DNA from: a virus
Lineage: Duplodnaviria; Heunggongvirae; Uroviricota; Caudoviricetes
Reading direction: 5' to 3' (one strand)
DNA length: 64,000 bases
IMG/VR virus record: IMGVR_UViG_3300037400_004417
The notes under the pieces were generated by a model. That model ran no database searches, was not told the origin of the DNA, and saw only the letters and a program-made list of their open reading frames with translations. Position numbers and translations under genes: made by a program. Positions 20,305 to 31,709 of the stretch are shown here, piece after piece (positions within the stretch are counted from its first letter, which is position 1; the number at the start of each line of letters is the position of its first letter).

Positions 20305-21373
20305 CTATTCGCAGTCTTCTAAACCTTCTCCTCTTACAATCTGATTATCATATTTTTCTTTTTTATTGATAATTTTCATAGCTATTTCATCATAAGATCC
20401 ATTAGCTATTAGCTGATATACATGAGCAGTATCACTTACGCTATCTGCTCGCTGTATTCTTCCATGTCTTTGAGTCTGTATAGCATAGCTGTTAGCTAAG
20501 TCCATTTCGATAAGATAGGAACACCAACCAAGAGAAATACCTTCAGCGCCGGCGTCTGATAATAGCAATATCTTACATTCAGGATTATCTCTAAATTTTA
20601 TAACATTGGCATATCTTTCATCACCGCTAAGAGAGCCATTTACAAAAGCCAATTCCATATTGAACAAGCTATTTCTTTTGGCTTCTTTGATTATACGCTT
20701 TTCTATTATGTCTTGCATTTTCTTATACCGACTAAATATACAAACTTTTTCTTCGGAATCAATAATTTCTTCTAATAATTCTATTAATAAATCCATTTTT
20801 GGATCTGAAGGAGAATTAGTCATATATTTTTGAGCATGTTCAGAATCACTAAATATTAAAAGTTCTTCAGAATCTGCTAACTCTTGGGCGAATGTTTGCC
20901 TCATCATTATTCCTGCTTCTATCTGTAATAATTCTGGAGGTTTTTCTTTGAGTTGTTTGCCACCTGTTAATGCTTTTTCTTTTTCATGGAGTTCATCTAA
21001 TTCTGCCATAATCCGGTCGTTCATTTTTAGTTGTTTAGGATGTAAATCACAATATCTTTGAGTAACGACTAGTTTCGGTAATTGAGATGAAACTTCTTCC
21101 TTCGTTTTTATTATAGTATATGGACTTATCTTTTCATTGAGTTTCTTTTCATTCCTAGAACCAATTACCCTACCATAACCGCCCCACTTTAAGTATGTAT
21201 TATCAAACTGGGATTTCTTAGGAAAGATTTCAGGATTTATAAACTTAAAGATTCCAAACAAATCTCTAGGATCACGTTGCAATGGAGTAGCAGTAGCACC
21301 CACAGTCATTTTAACATCGTTAAATTCATATAATGATTTAGATCTTTTAGCTGAATCAGATTTTATGTATTGG
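20305..21373 (-). CDS. SNF2-family helicase, exon 2 (motifs III-VI)
   Basis: TVGATATPLQ (motif III), QTQRHGRIQR (motif VI); frame open upstream of the listed Met to about 21373. Confidence 0.65.
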
Positions 21374-21816
21374 CATTAATGTTATTTAATTTCATTTATT
21401 TTATAAAAAAATAAAATTAAATTTCCTATATTTAGGACTCTGATTTTCATCAGAAGTTCAGACTATATCTTCATCCTTATAAAAAAGGAGTCGAGCATTT
21501 CGATTTAAAGGACTTTCACCTACCTGATACCAGGCCCTACTCCTATTGGCATTTCAGCCCACAATGGGATAGTCGTTGAACCTTCTCCTTACTCCACAAG
21601 TGAAGGAGCTTGGCTGCTGATCGTCGATTTTTATTTGAATTTTAGGACTATATTTTTTTATAGCTTTTATTTCACCATGATTCATTTTATTGTTTCTTTC
21701 AGTCTTTCGACAACATTCGCACTTATTATTTCTAATTATGCTGTAGTACAATAAACTTTACGATGTCCCAGCAATTAACTCGATTTTTTCCTACACATTA
21801 CTGTATAGGGAGACCC
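21374..21816 (-). ncRNA. group I intron (family A, ORF-less) in the SNF2 helicase gene
   Basis: S cagactatatctt (21460), R gatagtcgttgaacc (21573), gctgctgat (21612) on plus strand; proposed junction DEIN|IQYIKSD with exon end U and intron end G. Confidence 0.55.
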
Positions 21817-22553
21817 ATATTAATCTCATCCGCTCCAATAAAATCTAATTTCATTTTATGTAATTTAGCTCTTACTTTATCATCATTAAGAGTTTCATAA
21901 TTACATATCATTAAATCTACATTTTCGAATTGTTTATTGAATGCTTCTTCATTTCTGCATTTAGAATAAGTATCTAATATCTTAGAACGATAATCTGTAA
22001 ATTTTGATACTTCTGCATTCCATTGAGCTTTTAAAGATGCTTTAACAACTATTAATCCAGGAGGGGTTATCTTTCCTAAATTAACGGAATCAGAGAATAT
22101 ACCTAGTAAGCAGGCTGTTTTGCCAGCTCCACAACCTGCGACGATAAGACATTTTTCATTATCTGTCGCGAATTTGATTATATCCTGTTGATATTTATAA
22201 GGTTTAAGTTTTAAACTTAATCCTGCAGATTCAGAATCAATTATTTTTTGGCTAGATCCAAAAATCTTATTGACTCTATTGTTATGAGCAGTAATTCTTT
22301 TTTCTGTTCTATCCTTTTTAGCAGGAAATACTTCGTCGTTTAATTTGATTAGCTTATTTAATGCATATTCAGATATAAGCCAATCTCCTGATTCTATGTC
22401 CATACAAGATTCAGATTTTCTATCTCCAATGATATACATAAATTTATCGAAGTATTTCATAGCTTTAGATGAACTAGAAATATTTACAGCGAATTTATTA
22501 TCTTTATTCTGAAGTTTACGATAATAAAACAATTCTTTCTTGATGACCTTCAT
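21817..22553 (-). CDS. SNF2-family helicase, exon 1 (Walker A and DExx)
   Basis: AGCGAGKTA Walker A, GADEIN motif II. Confidence 0.65.
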
Positions 22554-22989
22554 TATCTATCCTTCTTTCTTTTACTAAAAAATAGTCATACGAGAAATTA
22601 GAACGTTCTTTTACGATATTTGCTTCAGTTAAAATTAATCTTAAAATATGAAGATCTGTTAAAGATATAGAAAAAGATTCGATTATTCTTGAATCTTTTT
22701 TGCATAGATATATATACTCAATTAAACTTTTATCAAGTCGCATAAAACAATTATTTTTTACGTATTCGCGTAAAAATATGGTAAATCTATTAGCTAAACA
22801 AATTATCTTATAGATATCTTCCTCATCTTCAATTACATTTAACAAATAATCTAGATATATGTATTTGTCATCGTGATTTAAAATCATAAGAAAATCTTTT
22901 AAACCATTCAAGAATATTGTTTTTTCTTCATCACTGTATTCAGTCAGCAATATAGGATTAAAGAAAATATTCGCAGAATTTTCTAGCAT
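22516..22989 (-). CDS. hypothetical protein
   Basis: 157-aa ORF. Confidence 0.4.
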   Translation of the reverse strand: MLENSANIFFNPILLTEYSDEEKTIFLNGLKDFLMILNHDDKYIYLDYLLNVIEDEEDIYKIICLANRFTIFLREYVKNNCFMRLDKSLIEYIYLCKKDSRIIESFSISLTDLHILRLILTEANIVKERSNFSYDYFLVKERRIDNEGHQERIVLLS

Positions 22990-23169
22990 TATAATTATCC
23001 TTTCTCTTTTGTGGATAGTTAATTATTTTTGAGGTGATTATATATCTATTTTTTCCTTTTGTCAAGCATTATTTCATCATAATCATATAAAATAAATATT
23101 CGCCATATTGATACTATTTTGTTGGATGTTTCTATTGCGAAGACATCCAACAAAATATATCTTAATGAT

Positions 23170-24561
23170 TTATTTATACAATTTATCAGGATAATCAGAT
23201 TCTACTTTAAAAGAGTTAATATCGTCAAGTAATTTAGTAATTGGTTCTGTAACAATACATTGCATAGCCAATGCCTGTTCTTCTTCATCAACTCTGACAT
23301 GAGCAGGTGCTGTCATATATTTACTTAACGCAATCATACTGTTTCTCATCAATACTTGAACTTTTCTGCATACAAACTCCCTTAACTTTTCTTCATGTCT
23401 TTTATAAGCGTCATTACAACGGCGTAAAGATTTGAGTTGTTCGCATAACTTCTCATTTTCTTCTTTTAGTTTATTATTTTCTTTTTGATAATCATCTTTA
23501 TTGTTTTGCAAAGTATCTATAACAAATTTGCTTTTCTCAACATCTTCAGAAATACGTTTATTATCTTCAGATAAAGCTGCAATTTTTTCAGCGTATTTAT
23601 TTGTTTCATTTAAATTATATGATTCCATAGAATCAATAATACTTCTTAAATTATCAAATAAATTATTCATAGATTCAGAAGAAGATACTTTTACATTTGA
23701 ATCATCATTATGTAATTTTGATATAACTGGATCATCTTCTATTACTTTATTATCTTGTGCTTTTATCCTACTAGAAATATCTATAATCTTTTTTAGATTT
23801 TTTTCTCGATTACTTTTATGTTCTTTTGCTTTCGATTCTATAATTTCCTGAAAGATTACGGATACATTTTCTGTATTAATTTCTTCTGATGCTTTTTCGT
23901 ATTCTTCTTCAGTCAAAGTTAATTTAGCTATATAATAATTAGCGATACTAGTTTTAGAAGGAACTGCGTGTTTAAACACCTTTAAAACTTTATGATCTTG
24001 TAGTAAATTTAACACATCGAAAGTAAAATCAATTGGTTGTAAGCATCTCGCAGCTATTTCCATAGCTTCTAATTTTATCCATTTTTTGTCAGCTTCTTGA
24101 GAAAATAAAACTCCTAGAACATTAAGAATATCTACTGCATCCATCGTAGTTATGTCAATTAATGATGAAATCAAATTTTTATCTTCATCGGATAAGTCTT
24201 TAGTAGCTACAGCTTTTAATCCTAATTCTTTCTTTTCACTCTCATTAACCCATTTAAATGCAAAAGGTCTCATTTTAACGGCTAAAGGATGTTTGCCACT
24301 AGGATCAGTCATCATTAATTTAGATATAATATTAGGATGTTTATGCAGTTTATAAACAACATGTTGCATTTCTCTGACTTTTAACGTATTCTTTTCTTTA
24401 CTATAAATTAGAGTAAACCAATCATCTGATTCTTTTATTCTTCTTATTAAATCTTCATAAATAGGTTTCGTAATTTCTTCAACTATCTGTTCTTTCTTTC
24501 TCTTATTTTGAACAATAGCTGGTAAAGCATATACTGTTATTTTGTCTAAATGCCTGTCCAT
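23170..24561 (-). CDS. hypothetical protein with C-terminal coiled coil
   Basis: 463-aa ORF. Confidence 0.4.
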   Translation of the reverse strand: MDRHLDKITVYALPAIVQNKRKKEQIVEEITKPIYEDLIRRIKESDDWFTLIYSKEKNTLKVREMQHVVYKLHKHPNIISKLMMTDPSGKHPLAVKMRPFAFKWVNESEKKELGLKAVATKDLSDEDKNLISSLIDITTMDAVDILNVLGVLFSQEADKKWIKLEAMEIAARCLQPIDFTFDVLNLLQDHKVLKVFKHAVPSKTSIANYYIAKLTLTEEEYEKASEEINTENVSVIFQEIIESKAKEHKSNREKNLKKIIDISSRIKAQDNKVIEDDPVISKLHNDDSNVKVSSSESMNNLFDNLRSIIDSMESYNLNETNKYAEKIAALSEDNKRISEDVEKSKFVIDTLQNNKDDYQKENNKLKEENEKLCEQLKSLRRCNDAYKRHEEKLREFVCRKVQVLMRNSMIALSKYMTAPAHVRVDEEEQALAMQCIVTEPITKLLDDINSFKVESDYPDKLYK

Positions 24562-24611
24562 ATTCTAAACGCCCTTTCCAATTAAACTTAATTATATATC
24601 TCTTTAAAAAA

Positions 24612-25760
24612 TTAAGTTTTTACTACGTATTGGGAATTTATCTCCTTGATAAATCGTGAAGGTTTGTTAGGGAACACGCCTCTTTTAGTAAGTACAGTGG
24701 TTGGATAGGTTATAAAAAGATACTTTTCGGCTCTCGTCATTCCGACATAGAATAACCTTCTTTCCTCTGAAATATCTCCAGCCTGTATTGCTTTTATATG
24801 AGGAACAACTTCTTCATTTGCTCCAACTATAATTACAGCTGGAAATTCCAAACCTTTAGATGCATGCATAGTCATTAGATTAACATAATCATCTTCATCT
24901 TGTTCTTCTGTCATCTGGGTATTCATTATAACATTATTAGAAAAGTCAGCTAAATCTACATAATTACATGCTACTTCTCTTAACTCTACTAAATTAGCTA
25001 ACTTTTCAGGAACTAATTCTTCTTCTGCTGTTTCACTAATATAGTCCTCATAATGAACCATATTAATGATCTCTTTAACTATGTCTTCAGGACTATTTGC
25101 TAAGCAATATTCGGTTAAAGTTTCAATTACAGCGATAAATCTGTTCAAATTTTCTCTTGTTGTCTTTGTTACCTTCACATTTTTACAAGCGGATAATAAT
25201 CCCCCGTTGTCTATTGTACCATGTTCATCAGCATATGTAAAGACCTTTTCTAAAGTTTTATCTCCAATTCCTCTCTTTGGAACGTTGATAATACGTCTTA
25301 ATGCTTCTGAATCATTAGGGTTTAATAGAAATCTGACATATGCCATAATATCTTTGATTTCTTGTCTCGCATAGAAAGCTAAACCGCCGGTGATTTTATA
25401 AGGAATTCTATTCTTTAACATAGCCTTTTCTATACGCCTAGACAAAAATTGCATTCTGTAAAGTATCGCCATATCTTTATATGCCATACCTTTTTTCTTT
25501 AAAGCTTTAACAATACGTACTACATGGTTTGCTTCATCAGTACTATTAGTCAACGCAGATAACATAATGCTGTTTCCTACTTCATTTTCAGTAAAAACAG
25601 TTTTCTTAATAGGTTCGTCATTGTTCTTAATCATACTGCGAGAAGCATTTACGATAGTTTTTGTGGATCTATAATTTTGTTCTAACATAAATTGTTTAAA
25701 ATTATATGTCTTCATAAAATCATATACGGATCCCATATTTGCGCCTCTGAAACTATATAT
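24612..25760 (-). CDS. UvrD/PcrA-like helicase, exon 3 (motifs IV-VI)
   Basis: IYSFRGA...LEQNYRSTKTI...VGMTRA; in-frame extension upstream of the Met to 25760. Confidence 0.75.
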   Translation of the reverse strand: MYSFRGANMGSVYDFMKTYNFKQFMLEQNYRSTKTIVNASRSMIKNNDEPIKKTVFTENEVGNSIMLSALTNSTDEANHVVRIVKALKKKGMAYKDMAILYRMQFLSRRIEKAMLKNRIPYKITGGLAFYARQEIKDIMAYVRFLLNPNDSEALRRIINVPKRGIGDKTLEKVFTYADEHGTIDNGGLLSACKNVKVTKTTRENLNRFIAVIETLTEYCLANSPEDIVKEIINMVHYEDYISETAEEELVPEKLANLVELREVACNYVDLADFSNNVIMNTQMTEEQDEDDYVNLMTMHASKGLEFPAVIIVGANEEVVPHIKAIQAGDISEERRLFYVGMTRAEKYLFITYPTTVLTKRGVFPNKPSRFIKEINSQYVVKT

Positions 25761-27000
25761 CTTTTTTATTTATTATATATACATTGATAAAAATACATGA
25801 ACATCATAGGTAATACATTTAATAATAAAAAACATCTCAAAGGAGTGTATACCTATGACAGAAAAACAGATATGTAAACAACAACAAATGATTGCGGCAG
25901 CAAATGAGTTTATCAAAGGAGCTAAACCGCAAGAAGTAATGAAAAAATACAATATATGTTATGCTTCCATTTGGAACACAATCAAAAGATATAATCTTCC
26001 TTACAAAAAGACATGGGGAAGAGAAATATTTTTTGATATTGATTTCTTTGAAAAAATTGATACAGAAGCAAAAGCTTATTGGTTAGGATTTATTTTTGCA
26101 GATGGTTCTGTAGTCAAAACAGACAAAAACTTACAAGAATATAATCGAGTATGTGTATCAATATCAGCAAAAGACATTGCCCACCTTCAAAAACTAGAAT
26201 CAATTCTTAATTTTTCTAAACCTAATAGAATCAAAATTTATAAAAAAACTCCAAATGCTTCATTTAAAAGTGAATATGACACTTGTTATCTTCATCTAAA
26301 TTCGATAAAATTATGTTCTGATATCATAAATCATGGTTGCGTTCCACAGAAAACATATGATACTACTCATAATCCACAAAATATCCCAGATCACTTAATA
26401 TGTCATTTTATAAGAGGATATTTCGATGGAGATGGAAGTATTTCTGGAAAACTAAAATCCCCAATGTTCAGTATTACGACATCAAAAAACCATAATGAAT
26501 GGATACAGTCTTATTTAATGCGTTTTTGCAATCTAAACAAGACTAAACTAACTTTTTGTCGCAATGCTTATCAATTAGATTATGGAGGAATAAATCAAAT
26601 TGTTCGTATTTTTCATTATTTATATGATGATGCTACTATTTATCTTGAACGTAAATATAATAAATTTTACTCTTATGTTTCTAATAGAGAACAGACTATC
26701 TCTTCATCCTTATCTGAAAAAGATAAGGAGCTCGGCACTTCGGCATAGGATTTTCACCACAGCCTACGAGAATCACTTCTCTAGTCGTTACACTCTTATA
26801 ATATTGTATATTATACTAGCACGGTATTTCCAGCTATCCTTTGTTTTGCAAAGGACCTTAGGTTCTCTTACGGAGCGTATTCAATATATTAACTCCTACC
26901 GTTAGCCCTCATTTTTAATAAATAAAACAAGGACACCCTATATTATATAGGTTCACCGAGGATTAATTATTCATTGCTGAATAAAAGAGCAATATAGTTT
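25761..27000 (-). mobile_element. group I intron (family D) in the UvrD-like helicase, with an antisense LAGLIDADG HEG
   Basis: exon 2 ends ...DADQS (AGT, U) at 27001; intron ends in G at 25761; exon 3 resumes IYSFRGA; core 26790-26940 is homologous to nrdD intron 2. Confidence 0.65.
25855..26748 (+). CDS. double-motif LAGLIDADG homing endonuclease, on the strand opposite to its host intron
   Basis: YWLGFIFADGSV and FIRGYFDGDGSIS; own RBS aaaggagtg. Confidence 0.8.
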   Translation: MTEKQICKQQQMIAAANEFIKGAKPQEVMKKYNICYASIWNTIKRYNLPYKKTWGREIFFDIDFFEKIDTEAKAYWLGFIFADGSVVKTDKNLQEYNRVCVSISAKDIAHLQKLESILNFSKPNRIKIYKKTPNASFKSEYDTCYLHLNSIKLCSDIINHGCVPQKTYDTTHNPQNIPDHLICHFIRGYFDGDGSISGKLKSPMFSITTSKNHNEWIQSYLMRFCNLNKTKLTFCRNAYQLDYGGINQIVRIFHYLYDDATIYLERKYNKFYSYVSNREQTISSSLSEKDKELGTSA

Positions 27001-27645
27001 ACTCTGATCAGCGTCAAGTATCAAACATACATTCATAGACTTACCGCCTAACAATTCAATTAAATGTAAATCTTCAGGGCTGCTATCATGTGCTTCATCA
27101 CAAGTTATATAAGTATATTTATCATTAATAGCTTCTTTTACTTCTGGATAGTTATCTAATAATTCAATAGTATAATAAATCAAGCCATCAAAATCAAAAG
27201 CATTATTTGCTTTCATTCTCTGTGAATACTGTTGATAAATTCTTGCGAGTGATTCAAAATATCTTCCAGAAGCTCCTAATAAAGCCTCTGAAGGACTAAC
27301 TAGATTCATTCTCCAATGAGAAATCATCTGCGAAGCATTTTGTGGTTCTACTGCAGGAATAGTCTTCTTGCATAATTCTTTTAAAAGTTTCTTTTTATCA
27401 TCTTCATCATAAATAGAATAATTTCTTGTCCAACCGATTTTATCCGCATATAATCGAAGAAGCTTTGAGCAGAAACTATGATAAGTACCGACAGTAATGC
27501 CTTTTGATTTAGGTCCAATCTTTTTGTATACTCTTTCCTTTATCTCATTTGCAGCTTTCTTTGTAAAGGTAAACAGTAAAATATTCTTAGGAGAAATTCC
27601 ATCTTCAATCATTAAAGTAGTTCTAGCAATTAGAGTTGCAGTTTT
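27001..27645 (-). CDS. UvrD/PcrA-like helicase, exon 2 (motifs Ia-III)
   Basis: KTATLIARTTLMIEDGISPKNILLFTFTKKAANE...GTYHSFCSKLLR...DADQS. Confidence 0.75.
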
Positions 27646-27977
27646 CCAATTGTTATTAACCTACGGCTTTTTATCCGTAGCTCTGGAGGTTATCCTCATT
27701 TTCATCGGTTAGTCTTTTCTAACCCAGTGTAGCGTACCTTTTGCATATAGCTTCTATATTTAATATAGAAGTAAAACTGTAAATATGGACCGGCCTCTTG
27801 GGAACATTATATCTTTTCAGTTCCTACGCGTTGCTCCTCATCTTACTTTGCAAGATGTTCGGTTCTGATTAGGTTTATAACCCTTCCAGCTTAATTCCGG
27901 CCTAATAATTCAGAAACTTCATACAGTCTTTGTTTCTGAACGGCAATATTTAATGTAATTCATTACATTACACAATT
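27646..27977 (-). ncRNA. group I intron (family B, ORF-less) inside the Walker A codons of the UvrD-like helicase
   Basis: exon 1 ends GPGSG (GGT) and exon 2 starts AAA ACT (KT); intron ends G at 27646; family-B core motifs at 27670-27700, 27775-27830, 27860-27900. Confidence 0.65.
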
Positions 27978-28105
27978 ACCACTACCTGGTCCCGCGTTTA
28001 CTGCACAAGGACCGTAATACTCTAATGCTGCTTGCTTTTGCTGGTTATTTAATGGAGCCAGCACCTTCTCCTTTATATTTTTAAATTCTACATTTGTTTC
28101 TGCCA
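27978..28105 (-). CDS. UvrD/PcrA-like helicase, exon 1
   Basis: MAETNVEFKNIKEKVLAPLNNQQKQAALEYYGPCAVNAGPGSG. Confidence 0.6.
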
Positions 28106-28144
28106 TAATAAAACATTAACCTTCTTCCTATGGTTACGATACCA

Positions 28145-28342
28145 TTAAATATTTAGATACTGTAAAGGATTATCGTCAGAAGCGTTGCGACTTTCTTCAT
28201 CTTCCATTTCTCCATTGATAACCTGAGCCAATGCTTCGGTAGTTGTTCTACATCCATATTGATCATAACCAGTTGCTTCAAATTCAAAAGTTCCATCGTT
28301 ATCGATAACAATCTTTATTCTTTTCTGTGCCATTTTTATCAC
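28145..28342 (-). CDS. hypothetical protein
   Basis: 65-aa ORF. Confidence 0.3.
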   Translation of the reverse strand: MIKMAQKRIKIVIDNDGTFEFEATGYDQYGCRTTTEALAQVINGEMEDEESRNASDDNPLQYLNI

Positions 28343-28408
28343 TCCTATATCTATTAATGAGAATAAGAAGGGGTGAACAAATAAGTCACCCCCTATATCT
28401 TTACTATT

Positions 28409-28807
28409 TTAACCGGCGTATGCTTCTATAATAATCTGTCCATTGTCATTCTTCTGACAAGACTCAATAGTCATACCTAATCCAAACTCTAACTGGTAAG
28501 TCAAACTATGCTTAGCATATTCTTGACTAAGAGTACCGATAAAAGTCCTTTCATCTAACCCAGTCTTCCAGAAATCTCCTTCAACGGTAAGAGAACCGTC
28601 TTTATCGCGAAACTTAAAGCCTAAAGTTAATGGCTCACCATCTTTAACGAGACCGGCATCTACAGTAATTGCGCGGTTCTCCCAAGCAGAACTTACATAC
28701 TTAATGGACTCATCAAAATCAAATTCCATATCCTGACAAGCCTTATGTAACATGTCGATATCTACGTTTTTAAGCACATTAGCGGTGTATTTTCTCCAAC
28801 AACTCAT
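28409..28807 (-). CDS. hypothetical protein
   Basis: 132-aa ORF. Confidence 0.4.
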   Translation of the reverse strand: MSCWRKYTANVLKNVDIDMLHKACQDMEFDFDESIKYVSSAWENRAITVDAGLVKDGEPLTLGFKFRDKDGSLTVEGDFWKTGLDERTFIGTLSQEYAKHSLTYQLEFGLGMTIESCQKNDNGQIIIEAYAG

Positions 28808-28850
28808 TTAAATCAATTCCTTTCTTTTCATATGTAATTTACATTCTATA

Positions 28851-29432
28851 TTATAAAGAGAATATATTTCCGAATCCTTTTTCTACATTTGTCTTAAATG
28901 ATTCTTTAGAAATATCATTCTTTTTATCTGGAATAATATCCGTATTTCTTGCTCTACCTATACTCCAATTCTGCAAAGCAATAATCTTTTCCTTAGAGGA
29001 TATAGATATAGGAATAACTTCACTGATGGCTTCAGACATTATAGCTTCCGAAAAAACATCTGATTTTATCTTTGTATCTTTATATCTAAGAAAATCTTTA
29101 CGTAAGCAAGTATATATAACTTCTTTAATCTCAGCACCAGTATATCCATCTGTCTTAGATACAATATAATCTAACGTTGCCTTGTCAGAAGATTTGTTAA
29201 TCTTCTTTAGATATATAGAAGCTATTTCTCTTCTTTCTTCTTTCTTTGGAAGATCAAAGAACCATTGAGCATCTATACGACCAGATCTCGTAAATTCAGG
29301 AGGTAACATAGTTATATCATTAGAAGTCATTATAACAAATACTCCATTATCATTATCTTGCATGAACTTTAAGAAGCTGGCCATTATTCTATTTCCAACA
29401 CCTCCATCGGTTCGAGCTGAGGCAGCAGTATT
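28851..29432 (-). CDS. classical AAA ATPase, exon 2 (second-region-of-homology and lid)
   Basis: ...TDGGVGNRIMASFLKFMQDNDNGVFVIMTSNDITMLPPEFTRSGRIDAQWFFDLP; frame open upstream of the Met. Confidence 0.6.
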   Translation of the reverse strand, partial: NTAASARTDGGVGNRIMASFLKFMQDNDNGVFVIMTSNDITMLPPEFTRSGRIDAQWFFDLPKKEERREIASIYLKKINKSSDKATLDYIVSKTDGYTGAEIKEVIYTCLRKDFLRYKDTKIKSDVFSEAIMSEAISEVIPISISSKEKIIALQNWSIGRARNTDIIPDKKNDISKESFKTNVEKGFGNIFSL

Positions 29433-29724
29433 CTAGATATTTTTATCCTATAGTTTTTTATCTATAGCTCTGGAGGTCGCCCTCATTTTCATCGGATGAT
29501 CAATACATCCCAGCATAGCATATCTTTTTATGTAGTTCTATATTGATTATAGAAATAGTACTGTAAACATAGAACGGTCTCTTGGTGAGATTATATCTTT
29601 TCACTCACTATGCGTTGCCCCTGACTTATCTTAAATAAGCCTTCGGTTCTGATTAGGTTTATAACCCTCCCAGCTTAATACCATTCTAATCATCGAGATT
29701 CTTCATACAGTCATTGAATCTCGA
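29433..29724 (-). ncRNA. group I intron (family B, ORF-less) in the AAA ATPase gene
   Basis: family-B motifs tctatagctctggaggtcgccctcattttcatcgg (29460), ggtctcttggtgagattatatcttttca (29575), cttcggttctgattaggtttataaccc (29640); boundaries approximate. Confidence 0.55.
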
Positions 29725-30808
29725 CGGCAAAAAATTCACCATTAATTGCTTTCTCTATCTCATCTACTAACAAGACACATGGAGCACATTTTCTTACGAT
29801 ATTTAAAGCTTGTTCTATTTTCTGTTCTGATTCTCCGACTAACTTAGACATAATCTTTGCAGGATTAAAAGATATAAACGGCATATTCATCATACCTGCA
29901 AATGCTTCTGCAATAGCTGTCTTAGCACATCCAGCTACACCCGTAAATACTGCACCTTTTGGGGCGGGTATATTAAACTCTCTAGCTTCTTCGCTAAAGA
30001 ATTCTTTTTCTTCGTATAACCATTTCTTAATGGCTCTATTCCCGCCAATGTCTTCCAAGGTCGTTTCAGGAATCTTATAATCTAATAAGCCACTCTTCTT
30101 GATAATTTGAATCTTGCTGTTAAGAAGGTGTTTAGGAGATATAGTATTTTCTTTAGTGAAAGATTCAGCAAGCGCCATACTAGCCTCTCGATAAGTGATA
30201 CCGCTAAGGGCTTTAACAGCTTCATCAATAATTTCTTCAGTAACGGATACATAATTGTTATTTCCTTTTTCTATATAGTATTTTAGCTTATCGTTGACCG
30301 CGCAAACTAATTTTCTAATATCTTCTTCTTCTGGATAGCCATAATCTACTACTCTAAAGAATCTGGAAATAGATTCTGGTATGTTTACGGTACCTGACGT
30401 ACAAATTACGATATTTGTTCCTTCACATCTATTTCCTTCATTTATTTCCTTGAAATATGAAGGAATCTTATCCATAGTCAAAAAATCATTAAAGTCTTTT
30501 AGTATAAATATATTGTTTGATGGCTCCTGATTACCTCGAAGTCCAATAATATCACTAATATGTTCTAAGATTGCCATAGGTTCTCTTAGTTTTAAATTAG
30601 GAGCTTCTTTATTGGATTCATCAAAGAAAGTTTCTACTCTTAATAATCCTCCTGAATTGCTCCAAGAATATAAATTAAATTCGCGACATTTATCAGAAAC
30701 CAACTCTGTCATGTCTTCAATAAATTCTTTTGATTCGAAAGTCGTTACCCAAATACAAGGCAAGCCTATATTTATTAAATTTTCAATTTCATTTAAACTT
30801 TGTCTCAT
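29725..30808 (-). CDS. classical AAA ATPase, exon 1 (N-domain, Walker A/B)
   Basis: GVAGCAKTAIAEA Walker A, LLVDEIEKA Walker B. Confidence 0.65.
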
Positions 30809-30824
30809 TTTATAAAAAACTCCT

Positions 30825-31709
30825 CTAGAATCGTAATCCAGAAAACAAGTCTGTTTTCTTTTCTTTTTTTTTATGTGTAATAAGACTATTTACATTTTCA
30901 TAATAATCTTTAAGATCTTTATATTCATCTTTAAATTTGTATTTAGAGAAAGTTTCTAGTAAGTTGGCCGCTTCTAAATTTTTTATTAAAACAATATGTG
31001 ACGTTAAAATATTAATAGAATAATCTTTGTCTTTTTGTCCTTTTATTGTTTTTATTGTGGTTCTTCGCGGACTAAAGCTAAAACTAAGTTGATAAATATC
31101 ATCACTATCTTTATCTTGAATAAAGATATATACACCTTTAAATGTTTTATCTTGAATGCTTATTGCAAGATCTGCACAATAAGTTGTAATCATAGGAATA
31201 TTATCATAATCATTCATCTTAACATAATAAAAAGTAAGATTTTCAAAGAAATTATCTATAATATATTCACCATTATCATCTATGTAGGCGATAATACCTT
31301 TTAGCTTATAAACTTTATCTCTAAGAGCTTTGCTATTTTGCAATAGATTTTTATATGCATATATGTCAAGAATTCTCTGTTTAGCTTCTTTCACAAATGG
31401 AAAATCAGTTACATTTAAACTATTGTTATTGATGGCATCAGCTATCATCGACATTCCAAAATGATGTTCATCGAATTGAATATTAGCTGTGACATACATA
31501 TTGTATACATTGTTTAAATATCCGCGAATTTCTACTTCTTTTGATTCTTCGACAGGAATAACTGAATAATTTATTTCTACTGATTTAATTCTTGGATCTT
31601 TTAAGTCAATAAATTCTGCATAATCATTTTGAATTTTAATCTTCTCCAATTCATTTCTATGAAATTCTATATCAGGATTTTTGTGTTTAGCTAAAATATC
31701 ATCTATCAT
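30825..31709 (-). CDS. hypothetical protein
   Basis: 294-aa ORF, start overlaps the radical-SAM gene by 11 nt. Confidence 0.4.
   Translation of the reverse strand: MIDDILAKHKNPDIEFHRNELEKIKIQNDYAEFIDLKDPRIKSVEINYSVIPVEESKEVEIRGYLNNVYNMYVTANIQFDEHHFGMSMIADAINNNSLNVTDFPFVKEAKQRILDIYAYKNLLQNSKALRDKVYKLKGIIAYIDDNGEYIIDNFFENLTFYYVKMNDYDNIPMITTYCADLAISIQDKTFKGVYIFIQDKDSDDIYQLSFSFSPRRTTIKTIKGQKDKDYSINILTSHIVLIKNLEAANLLETFSKYKFKDEYKDLKDYYENVNSLITHKKKEKKTDLFSGLRF

Noticed and set aside
21554-21751. 65-aa ORF inside the SNF2 helicase intron, considered as a possible homing endonuclease
   Set aside because: No LAGLIDADG, GIY-YIG, HNH or His-Cys motifs; overlaps the intron R element; most likely spurious
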